Assembly (NCBI GenBank): GCA_041740375.1
Contig: JBGSMB010000033.1
Coordinates: 16,739 to 40,738 of the forward strand
Reading direction: 5' to 3'
Length of the DNA: 24,000 nucleotides
Origin: Candidatus Saccharimonadales bacterium
GTDB taxonomy: Bacteria > Patescibacteriota > Saccharimonadia > Saccharimonadales > JAGQMS01
In this document: in pieces, positions 7,549-15,376 of the stretch
Numbering within the stretch: position 1 is the stretch's first letter
Layout: each line of letters opens with the position of its first letter
Program-made: the position numbers and the translations under genes
The notes under the pieces: model-generated
Told to the model about the DNA's origin: nothing
What the model saw: the letters and a program-made list of their open reading frames with translations, nothing else
The model's database searches: none

Positions 7549-9312
7549 TTAGGTGTATATTTCCGTCGGATTAGTTGTTATGAGTGGATGTTCTTTTTCT
7601 GAGGCAACTACTTTTACTGCAACGTGGTTCTTATCGGCAATAATCAATGCATCACCCTTGTCGCAGGTAAGTAGGAAATTGCTCTCATATTCACTTAGCC
7701 CAAACTGTGAAACAACATTCTTGATAGTTGTTGTGTCTTGCCGCATCAGAATACGCAGAGCCGATTGTGATGCAATTGCACGCCCATAGTCGCTTCGCAG
7801 AAAGTCATTAGCCTGCTGAGAGATTATTGACACGCCAAGATAGTACTTACGTGCTCTACGCACTAAACCTGATATAAAGCGTGCTGATTCTTCATGTTCT
7901 AGTAATAACCAGCCTTCATCAATAACTAGTAGCCGTTTCTTTGGTTCGTTCTTTACTTGGTTTTGTACATAGTTAGAAATAATAAGCATCATAATTTGCC
8001 GTAGTGTTTCCGGCATATCTTTGATATCAAAAACTACGAGACGGTTATCTAGACTAATATTACTTTGTGAATTAAAGACAGTCGCCAGTGAACCAGATAT
8101 GTATTTCTCAAGTCTCTCACATAGTTTAAGTTGTCCAAGGCCTTTAAGTTCTGCGTACAAATCACTAAGTATCGGAGGCTTATTATTCTTAGCCTTTTTA
8201 TAGATACCAAGCAGTGCTTTATCTACTGCTGCTTTTTCTGCAGAATTAAGTCCTTCTGCCATGAGACTTACTACCTCCATAAGATCTTGTACATGTTCAC
8301 TTAAATCTTTCTTTGAGGTGGATTTGGTTTGGATATCAAAAGGATTTAATTTCTGTCTACTATTCGCTGATAGTTTTACGTAGCTACCATCAACCGAATC
8401 ACTTAGAAGTTTGTACTCACGCTCGGGATCAATCACTATGACTGATGTACCCTGCATTAACTGCCGTAGTATCTCAACCTTAGTTGCATAGCTTTTACCC
8501 GAACCACTCTGTGCAAAGACGATTGAGTTGGCATTATGTAGACTAAACCTATCAAGAATTACTAAAGAGTTATTAGACTTATTTACTCCGTAGAGAATAC
8601 CTGATTCCTGTACTAGCTCACTACTCATAAAGGGGAATGTGAGACTGGCCGAACTACTGTCTAGGTTTCGTTTCTGACCCAGTACATCTTCTGCCCTCGG
8701 TAATATCGACTGAATACCTTCGTTTTGTTGATAGCGGGCTACTTTTGTATAGAAAAGCCGTGCACCCATAGCGTTTTCAAGAAGTTTTGTTGTCTTATCT
8801 AACTCATCAAGCGAACTTGCCGATACGCAGACGTAGATACTAATTTGAAACAGCATTTCTTGACCACGCTGAATCTTATCTCTAAGTTCCATAGCACTTT
8901 CTAGCGGATCAGTAACTTCAGGCCCGACAATTTTACCTGCACGAACCATTGCTCGCTTGGTGCTTTCTAGTTCAGTTATTTTGCGGTGTAGTTTAGGCAA
9001 AGCCTGCGTCGCTTCAACTTGTGAGATGTGATAGCTAATATCTACGTTGTGGTTGAAAGTAATGAGTGAGTTTAGCCAGCCTGAACTAGCAATAAATGGA
9101 TAGCCCGATATTAACATAGTGCGCATATATACACCGTCAATCACTAGATAATCAGGTGTTTCTTCTAACCCTGCATAGCTAATGATATCTACTGCGTCTT
9201 GTTGACCATATTCAAAGCTAAAATCTTTTGGTTTATTGTCTCGTGTCTTCTTCCAGTTTTTAACTTTCTTAGTAAGAACCTTTTTGATATCCGGAGAAGC
9301 TAGCGTGCTCAT
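7549..9312 (-). CDS. virB4: VirB4/TrbE-family T4SS ATPase (C-terminal 587-aa part of a split VirB4)
   Basis: Walker A FAQSGSGKSYATK. Walker B RLLVIDEGW. The upstream VirB4 N-domain signature is DGVYMRTMLISGYPFIASSGWLNSLI..VDISYHI. GAAGGAG lies 7 nt before the ATG, and there is an ATGA overlap with the preceding ORF. Confidence 0.9.
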   Translation of the reverse strand: MSTLASPDIKKVLTKKVKNWKKTRDNKPKDFSFEYGQQDAVDIISYAGLEETPDYLVIDGVYMRTMLISGYPFIASSGWLNSLITFNHNVDISYHISQVEATQALPKLHRKITELESTKRAMVRAGKIVGPEVTDPLESAMELRDKIQRGQEMLFQISIYVCVSASSLDELDKTTKLLENAMGARLFYTKVARYQQNEGIQSILPRAEDVLGQKRNLDSSSASLTFPFMSSELVQESGILYGVNKSNNSLVILDRFSLHNANSIVFAQSGSGKSYATKVEILRQLMQGTSVIVIDPEREYKLLSDSVDGSYVKLSANSRQKLNPFDIQTKSTSKKDLSEHVQDLMEVVSLMAEGLNSAEKAAVDKALLGIYKKAKNNKPPILSDLYAELKGLGQLKLCERLEKYISGSLATVFNSQSNISLDNRLVVFDIKDMPETLRQIMMLIISNYVQNQVKNEPKKRLLVIDEGWLLLEHEESARFISGLVRRARKYYLGVSIISQQANDFLRSDYGRAIASQSALRILMRQDTTTIKNVVSQFGLSEYESNFLLTCDKGDALIIADKNHVAVKVVASEKEHPLITTNPTEIYT

Positions 9313-9920
9313 AAATATGCTCCTTCTAGTAAGTTAATGGTCTGATTCGTTAATGGCTGAAGTTTGGCCTGCGTCGGGCTGTAGAAGCTATAGAATAGGT
9401 CTAGTGATTCAAGACTATTGAGTGGTCGTACTTGCATACCCATCCGTCCTAAACCTTTAGTAACCATATCGGTACTAAGCTTTAGAGCGGATTTAATAAC
9501 GTCAAAATCTTTATCTTTGTTCTCGGTTGGAATAACAACGTAGAAAGTTCTAGATAGAATTTTATTACTCTTAACAAGATCTTGTACGAAATGAATATAG
9601 TTTTCGGCCTGCGCTTTGTATATCTTTTGTTTTTCATTAGCAGTCTTTGAACGAAAAGATTCAAGGTATCGATCCATATCCATTTCGCGAACTCGTACAA
9701 GAATCTGAAAACTAATGTTCAGCGAGTTTAGAAAACTCTGATATGTATCGATTAGAGCATCTTGTTCCTCTTCACTCATAAGTTCAAAGTTAATACTCGA
9801 GACTTGCAAAATTCGTGCATACCGATACTTTGGCATTATAATTATGCCATCTCGTACACCTTCAATTGCAATCTGACCTCGTGAGCTTGTGCGATTATTT
9901 GACTTCTTTAATAGAGACAC
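9309..9920 (-). CDS. Soluble ~203-aa protein resembling the extreme N-terminal part of VirB4/TrbE-type ATPases (split VirB4, N-fragment)
   Basis: The ORF track gives 9309-9944 (ATG, no SD). An in-frame GTG at 9920 is preceded by AAGGAGGA plus 5 nt, so I prefer it. There is no TM segment. The segments IAIEGVRDGIIIMPKYRYARILQVSSINFELMSEEEQDALIDTYQSFLNSL and LNSLESLDLFYSFYSP resemble, from memory, the first ~200 residues of full-length VirB4 proteins. Confidence 0.6.
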   Translation of the reverse strand: MSLLKKSNNRTSSRGQIAIEGVRDGIIIMPKYRYARILQVSSINFELMSEEEQDALIDTYQSFLNSLNISFQILVRVREMDMDRYLESFRSKTANEKQKIYKAQAENYIHFVQDLVKSNKILSRTFYVVIPTENKDKDFDVIKSALKLSTDMVTKGLGRMGMQVRPLNSLESLDLFYSFYSPTQAKLQPLTNQTINLLEGAYL

Positions 9921-10395
9921 GTAATCCTCCTTTTTTTGTTGCATGAAATACTAAGTTGGCTTTTGGCTCCAAGATTATCTCTTCAAGTCGCTTCAAACTT
10001 CCAAAATCCATTTCGTGATGAATAAACTTCTTTTTGCTAGTTTCTTCGCTAGCCTGAACTGTATCTGCTTTTACTTCATATTTTTTACGTAGCTGCAGTG
10101 AGTTTTTATTGTATGTGTAGAAAGTTGGTCTTAGGTTGTACCTGGAACGGATAATTATCCAATCAACTACAAGTCTGCCTTTAATCCTAATTGCTAGGGA
10201 CGCGCATACGAGAGCAAATAAAGTCCAAATAACTATCTTGTAGGGTGAATAGCCGAGAAAAGGCGGCAAAAAAACATACATAGCACCACCTAGAAAAACA
10301 GGGGCTACTAAAAGTAGCATCTGCTTAAAAGATATGTTGCCAGCGATCTTATCTTCTACAGTAGTAATCTGAGCCGGTACGACGGTTTGTTTCAT
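9895..10395 (-). CDS. PrgI-family / VirB3-like small inner-membrane T4SS protein
   Basis: 166-aa ORF. AAGGAG lies 5 nt before the ATG, with an ATGA overlap to the upstream gene. The N-terminal segment TTVEDKIAGNISFKQMLLL is followed by two TM helices (VAPVFLGGAMYVFLPPFL, IVIWTLFALVCASLAI). That is the typical PrgI topology, and the gene sits directly upstream of VirB4. Confidence 0.7.
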   Translation of the reverse strand: MKQTVVPAQITTVEDKIAGNISFKQMLLLVAPVFLGGAMYVFLPPFLGYSPYKIVIWTLFALVCASLAIRIKGRLVVDWIIIRSRYNLRPTFYTYNKNSLQLRKKYEVKADTVQASEETSKKKFIHHEMDFGSLKRLEEIILEPKANLVFHATKKGGLRVSIKEVK

Positions 10396-11681
10396 TTATA
10401 CTCCTTTAACTTTTGACTTGATGATCTAGTAATATGAACTGTTTGAGGAGGTGCTACCCGACTGGTGCGCATTTTATCTGTAGTGTAGTGAACGCCGTTC
10501 ATGAATTGGCCACCAAGTTTGCGTAGGGCCCTTGGCCCCGCACTAACGTAACTAAGTTGCATCAGCACTCCCTGTGTCTTAAGAAGGGTAACCAGAGTTG
10601 CGACACCGATTATCGTTGCCATTACAGGATCGTATGGCTGTGGTTGACCATCTTTTTTAAGACCAACAAATAAAGTCGCTGCAAGCATTAAGATGACAAC
10701 ATGTATAAAAAGCACAAAGATGTTTGTGATGTAGACCTTTATAGCTGTGGCACTAAAATCCCTAAATCCAGGTACGCTAGACAAGAGTATTGCGAGAGGA
10801 GAAAGTATTGCTCCTACGTACAAAGTCACAATACGCATGACGTAATACACTAGCAACATTGTGGCAAGAACCAGAAATACCACCATAATTAGAAGTGCTA
10901 CCAGACCTTGACCTCCGGCACCACTTACTACGCTAGTCAACGCATCCCATACCGAGAGTGAGTCGAATACGGATTCAATAGCTTTAATCATGGCGTTACT
11001 GAGGCTGATGATGAAGTCAATAACAAATATCGACATATTCATACCAAGAAAAGTTAACCCAAGTTTTGGCAAAAGGTGCTTAAATTCAATCTCTTCAAAT
11101 CCTAATGATGCAGCACTCATGATATGAAAACCAAGTAGTGCTACAACTAATACGAATAGAGCGTTAGCTATTCCTAGTATCGCTAGCCACAACTTAAACA
11201 CAGCAGGATTATCCGCCATAAGAGGAGTACTTTGAGTAAAGTAATCGAGTGCTGCGACAAAAGGTTTTCCAGCTGTCTCGATGATGTTTTTGAAAAGTCC
11301 GATGATAGCTTTTAGGAGAACTTCTGTTAAACCTCCGTCACCATCTCCCGTGTCTATAGGGGCTAGTGACGGAATGTTTGAAATTGTATATTCACCACCA
11401 CCTTGATAGGCATTACTTAGAATCGCCGTTATTGTTCCTGCAGCGATAACAATTACTAAACCGACAATAGCATTTTTTAAAACCTTTTTAGCGTGTTCTA
11501 GTTTTTCAGGATTTCCACGGCTTCCCATATATGAGATACCTGCAGTAATAAGGAAGAATGTCGAGACTACCCCAGCCAGACCAATAAGACTTAACATGAT
11601 AGGCTGCAGGTAATTTTGTATATCAGTATTGGTTGAGGCTAGGTTCGTTGCAGGGACATGCAAGAACGCTAGCAAATTCAT
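10392..11681 (-). CDS. VirB6/TrbL-like polytopic membrane protein with an N-terminal pilin-like module
   Basis: 429-aa ORF. GGGAG plus 4 nt precedes the ATG, and it starts immediately after the pilin TAA. Residues ~20-95 are about 40% identical by eye to the upstream pilin. The remainder has at least 6 hydrophobic helices, typical of VirB6-like channel proteins. Confidence 0.7.
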   Translation of the reverse strand: MNLLAFLHVPATNLASTNTDIQNYLQPIMLSLIGLAGVVSTFFLITAGISYMGSRGNPEKLEHAKKVLKNAIVGLVIVIAAGTITAILSNAYQGGGEYTISNIPSLAPIDTGDGDGGLTEVLLKAIIGLFKNIIETAGKPFVAALDYFTQSTPLMADNPAVFKLWLAILGIANALFVLVVALLGFHIMSAASLGFEEIEFKHLLPKLGLTFLGMNMSIFVIDFIISLSNAMIKAIESVFDSLSVWDALTSVVSGAGGQGLVALLIMVVFLVLATMLLVYYVMRIVTLYVGAILSPLAILLSSVPGFRDFSATAIKVYITNIFVLFIHVVILMLAATLFVGLKKDGQPQPYDPVMATIIGVATLVTLLKTQGVLMQLSYVSAGPRALRKLGGQFMNGVHYTTDKMRTSRVAPPQTVHITRSSSQKLKEYK

Positions 11682-12026
11682 TTAACTCCCAAACGCTTTC
11701 CCAGCAACTTCTGAAATGATGTTGCTAAGTACAAAGGCACCAATAGTAATTGCTAGACCCATTCCTGAGTAGAGCAATGTTCTTTTAGATTTATCTAAGT
11801 TCTCGGGGTTGCCGGAACTTGTTATGTATCCAAACCCACCGACAACAAAAAAGCCGGTCGCTATGAGACCGGCTAATCCTGCTAGAATTTGGATGACGCT
11901 TCGGAGAAAGTTTTCTACTTGTCCGACGCCTCCCGCACTCTGTGCAAAAGCTGTGTCGGTGAGAATGAGTGGCAATCCAATCATCACCATGATGGTGAAC
12001 AGTTGGAGCATTTTGTTTTTACTCAT
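11682..12026 (-). CDS. VirB2/TrbC-like T4SS pilin (Gram-positive/CPR 'T4SS pilin' type), 114 aa
   Basis: I prefer the start at ATG 12026, which is preceded by AAGGAGG (12031-12037) plus 4 nt (TAAG). The track start at 12056 lacks an SD. Signal peptide MSKNKMLQLFTIMVMIGLPLILTDTAFAQ. Two hydrophobic helices flank a GNPENLDKSKR loop, which is the pilin hairpin topology. Confidence 0.75.
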   Translation of the reverse strand: MSKNKMLQLFTIMVMIGLPLILTDTAFAQSAGGVGQVENFLRSVIQILAGLAGLIATGFFVVGGFGYITSSGNPENLDKSKRTLLYSGMGLAITIGAFVLSNIISEVAGKAFGS

Positions 12027-12047
12027 TCTTACCTCCTTGTAAGCAAA

Positions 12048-12076
12048 ACATAACACATGTGTTTGACATAATGCAA
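12048..12076 (-). promoter_or_regulatory. Candidate sigma70-type promoter of the T4SS operon with an embedded 12-bp palindrome
   Basis: The minus strand reads TTGCAT (12071-12076), 17 nt, TTATGT (12048-12053). The perfect palindrome AACACATGTGTT (12052-12063) lies in the spacer and overlaps the -10. Sequence-only prediction. Confidence 0.35.
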
Positions 12077-12160
12077 ATATATTATTTAATACATAAGCAG
12101 TATTCCTGTATTTTATATTGGTTCAAATGAACCTAATTTACTTACATCGCAATTATTCTG

Positions 12161-15100
12161 CTAAGAATTTTCTAATGAGTAACCACTTGTAACTTTTTCA
12201 CGCTTAGTCAGGTATATTGGTTTGGTAGTATAGAATGCTACTTTTGTGCTGACCGCCAAGTAAAGTGCGCCACTTACTAACATAAATATAAAGGCTGGTT
12301 CGTTTAAGACTATGACGTGCCATGACGCTAGACCTGTCCATATAAGTGCTGGAATGAAGTTAAAGAAGACCTGAAGTACTCTAAATGTTGTATATCTGTA
12401 GTCTCTTCCTTTGACTGCTCCGGTTGGTTGCCACGACATAGCCTTGCGTGTAATTGCATCATAAATAGCAAACAAATGTGCCCAACCATAAACACTACGT
12501 ACTGCCCAAGCTTCTATGCCGTATGTATTCTTATGCCATAATGGGTAAATTATCCAAGAGAATATAAATGCTGGAAGAATTAAGAGTGTATATTCTAATT
12601 TCACAACCTCTGGGATTACTAACAATAAATATAGCGGTATGATTGGTGCAAAGAAAGAAATAATAGCTGTATTTATATAATATAGAAATCCAGAAATATA
12701 AGAGAGCCTAGTTCTTAATTTAAGTTTAGTACTCCAGAATTTTTCAGAAGTAAGTAGGCTCATAGAACCCATACACCACCTATATTGTTGCTTAAAGAAC
12801 GCAGGCATTGAATCTGGACACAATCCCTTCGCTAAGACTACCGGCACGTATTGAAGACCCCAACCATGCATTCTTAAATTGAAGCCGGTGTGAACGTCTT
12901 CAGAGTGTTCAATTAAGGCTGTACCGCCGGTATCATTTAAAGCCGCTCTACGGTATAGCGCGTTACTACCAACACAAATCGCCGCACCATGATGTTGTCT
13001 AGACACTTGCGAGAATCTATAAAATAATTCTTGAACAGCTCCAGCTCCACGCTCAAGCCAGTTTTGACCATTGTGAACATCAAAATACTGAGGAGATTGT
13101 ATAATGCCTAATTTCTCATCTTTTTCCATATAGGGCAGTAGTTCATTCAAAAAGTCAAAACGAGGCTTAAAGTCGGCATCAAAAATAACTATGAATTCTC
13201 CATTTGAAACACCATATCCATGTCTTAAGTTTCCTGCTTTTTTATGTTGACCTCGATTAGGCCTTGATTCATATTTGAATCCGTATTTATCAGATAACTT
13301 TTTCACTTCATCTCTTGCACTATCATCTAGACAATAGGCTATGATTTTGCCGCGGTAATTTTTCATAACGTCATGAACGCCGTCCCATGTGTTGGCCAAT
13401 ACTCCAATATCTTCACCGGCCGTAGGTAAGAATATGTCAATGCTAGGGTATTTTTTCGGCCTCCAAGCTAATACAAGTGCTTTATGTGCACTTATATCAA
13501 AATTCTTAGTACCTATATTCACAACGAAAGAAACAATGAAATAGACTACCGTTAGTGCTAGGAATCCAAACAATATCCAAATTGCTGGGTTGGCTGCAAT
13601 AAAGCGGTACATGCTTATAGATACAAAACTAAAACTTATTACAGAAAACAACATAAGCAATCTGTAGTTTCGGCTGCTATAAATCCATTTGTCATCATCA
13701 TCGGGCGATCCTGGAAGTAATTCTTTACTAGGAGCACGGAATTCGAATAGTCGGTAGTGTTCATTTATAATTTTAATTCTCAATGCTGTACGGTCGTATG
13801 TTCTGAATGTAAAGTTCAGAACAGGTTGAGCGAATGGCACAAATAGCATAGTAATAGCTGTTACGCTGCCCCAGAAAATCATGATAGGAGACGTGCGACC
13901 TGTAGATAATGATGAAATAATTCCCAACAAAGCAGTGCCACCAATTAGGAGATGTGGCCAAAAAAGCTTTAAAGAATCTTCGTTGAAAACCTTGTCATCA
14001 CCTTTTGGCGTCACCTTATATGATAATTTCTTACGAGCAGATACTCCTATGAATGCTATGAAGAAGATAGGCCAAGATGCTGCACTTATAATTTTGCCAG
14101 CAAACATGAATCCTTTCTCCTCTTTAGGTCGTACGTGGAATCTCTGCATCCATAATGCCATAAGACCAACTACAGCAATAACCGGAAGATAGATTGAAAC
14201 AAATGGTATGAATTCAACCTTTGCTGTATTGATACCGAACATAAAATAGAGTACTAGTCCAATAGAACCTATAGTCATCGCAAGACCTGAAAAATAATGC
14301 TGTTGAAGCATAAAGTAATATGTTTTCTGCCTTAGGCTCATAGTTCTAAATAGCTTGAAACTAAAGTGACGAAGAACATGCATGCATCCGTAAGCCCAAC
14401 GCATTTGTTGCGCAAAATAAGCCTGCCAGGTTGTTGGACCTTCTCCGATTGCTAAGGCTTCACTTACATAGGTACTCTTCCAGCCATTTGCATGTAGTTT
14501 CATACCCGTGAGGAGATCTTCAGTGATATGTGCGCTATAGTGATCTACATCTTCTAGTGCCTTAACCCTTATGACGTGGTTAGCGCCGATCAACATTGTC
14601 ATATCCATACCCTGAAAACCGCGAAGTATAGGACCATAGAAACTATATGTCTGTTCAGCTGCACCACGTGCAATTAGTGAGTCGGCAGTATTTCCGTATA
14701 TCTGAGGAGTGCCTACAAATGCAATTTTAGGATCTTTAAAATAACCTAAAGTTTTAGTAAGGAAGTCTTTACTAGGAATGAAGTCTGTATCCATTTGTGC
14801 AACAAAATCATACTGATGACCATGGGCGTCATACCAAGAGTTATGGTTTCCGCCTTTAGTCTTTTTAGCAAACTTACCGTCATCAGTATTATATGTTGCT
14901 TCTTCAGCACGACTAAAATGTTTTACTCCATATTTTTTACAAATAAGCCTAACTTCTGGATCGTTGCCTTCGTCTAATAACCACGTATCGTGTTTATAAT
15001 TAGCCCTAACTAAAGCTGGAAGACATTTATGTAGCAAATCTACTGATTCCGATGCAGGAACAAAGGTGGTAATAAACGCTACTTTTAATCCTTTTTCTGG

Positions 15101-15340
15101 TTTTGAAGCGGTGTGTTCTTTAATGTTTGAAAGTACAGACCATGAGAAAATCGCCATAACAATTGGATGCCATATTACATAAGACACAAACAAGAAAAGT
15201 AAGATATCAAAAATATTAAACCAGTCATCAAAATTATTTGGAATGTGAGACGGGTTAAACCACCACACAGCAAAAATAGACACTAGTATCAGTGCCGCAG
15301 TACTAAATGCGGTGTGCAATCGCTTGCCATATTTATTCAC
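12161..15340 (-). CDS. Tandem double processive family-2 glycosyltransferase (two BcsA/CesA-like synthase modules in one 1059-aa membrane protein)
   Basis: GTG start at 15340. Module A motifs: LLDEGND, KGGN, DTDF, TPQIY, TEDLLTG, QQMRW (nt 14396-14410), YKVTPKG. Module B motifs: CLDDSARD, KAGN, DADF, SPQYF, SEDVHTG, QQYRW (nt 12776-12790). Each module is flanked by its own set of TM helices. Equivalent motifs are offset by ~540 residues. Confidence 0.9.
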   Translation of the reverse strand: MNKYGKRLHTAFSTAALILVSIFAVWWFNPSHIPNNFDDWFNIFDILLFLFVSYVIWHPIVMAIFSWSVLSNIKEHTASKPEKGLKVAFITTFVPASESVDLLHKCLPALVRANYKHDTWLLDEGNDPEVRLICKKYGVKHFSRAEEATYNTDDGKFAKKTKGGNHNSWYDAHGHQYDFVAQMDTDFIPSKDFLTKTLGYFKDPKIAFVGTPQIYGNTADSLIARGAAEQTYSFYGPILRGFQGMDMTMLIGANHVIRVKALEDVDHYSAHITEDLLTGMKLHANGWKSTYVSEALAIGEGPTTWQAYFAQQMRWAYGCMHVLRHFSFKLFRTMSLRQKTYYFMLQQHYFSGLAMTIGSIGLVLYFMFGINTAKVEFIPFVSIYLPVIAVVGLMALWMQRFHVRPKEEKGFMFAGKIISAASWPIFFIAFIGVSARKKLSYKVTPKGDDKVFNEDSLKLFWPHLLIGGTALLGIISSLSTGRTSPIMIFWGSVTAITMLFVPFAQPVLNFTFRTYDRTALRIKIINEHYRLFEFRAPSKELLPGSPDDDDKWIYSSRNYRLLMLFSVISFSFVSISMYRFIAANPAIWILFGFLALTVVYFIVSFVVNIGTKNFDISAHKALVLAWRPKKYPSIDIFLPTAGEDIGVLANTWDGVHDVMKNYRGKIIAYCLDDSARDEVKKLSDKYGFKYESRPNRGQHKKAGNLRHGYGVSNGEFIVIFDADFKPRFDFLNELLPYMEKDEKLGIIQSPQYFDVHNGQNWLERGAGAVQELFYRFSQVSRQHHGAAICVGSNALYRRAALNDTGGTALIEHSEDVHTGFNLRMHGWGLQYVPVVLAKGLCPDSMPAFFKQQYRWCMGSMSLLTSEKFWSTKLKLRTRLSYISGFLYYINTAIISFFAPIIPLYLLLVIPEVVKLEYTLLILPAFIFSWIIYPLWHKNTYGIEAWAVRSVYGWAHLFAIYDAITRKAMSWQPTGAVKGRDYRYTTFRVLQVFFNFIPALIWTGLASWHVIVLNEPAFIFMLVSGALYLAVSTKVAFYTTKPIYLTKREKVTSGYSLENS

Positions 15341-15347
15341 TAGTATT

Positions 15348-15376
15348 ATTTTAACACAAAATTAACTATTAGACAA
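15348..15376 (-). promoter_or_regulatory. Candidate promoter of the double-GT2 gene (extended -10, leaderless geometry)
   Basis: The minus strand reads TTGTCT (15371-15376), 17 nt including TGt (15354-15356), then TAAAAT (15348-15353). Seven nt follow, then GTG at 15340. There is no SD in the gap. Confidence 0.45.

Noticed and set aside
7321-8203. Plus-strand ORFs 7321-7602, 7553-7789 and 8021-8203, antisense to the M23 and VirB4 genes
   Set aside because: The minus-strand genes carry unambiguous catalytic motifs. The plus-strand translations are Ser/Thr/Leu-rich with no signals.
4173-12076. Calling the T4SS block an integrative conjugative element or plasmid segment
   Set aside because: No relaxase, integrase, replication or partition genes and no flanking repeats are visible in the window. 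It cannot be excluded without the flanking sequence, so I only call it a T4SS operon.
12063-12091. Plus-strand TTGACA (12063-12068) with a TTTAAT/TTAATA -10-like element downstream
   Set aside because: It would drive transcription antisense into the GT2 gene, with no plus-strand ORF to serve. It is most simply a chance match in AT-rich DNA overlapping the minus-strand promoter.
13773-14977. ORFs 13773-13961 (-, other frame), 13881-14192 (+) and 14795-14977 (+) inside the double GT2 gene
   Set aside because: They are nested in a 1059-aa ORF whose motifs are continuous across these positions. There is no independent support.
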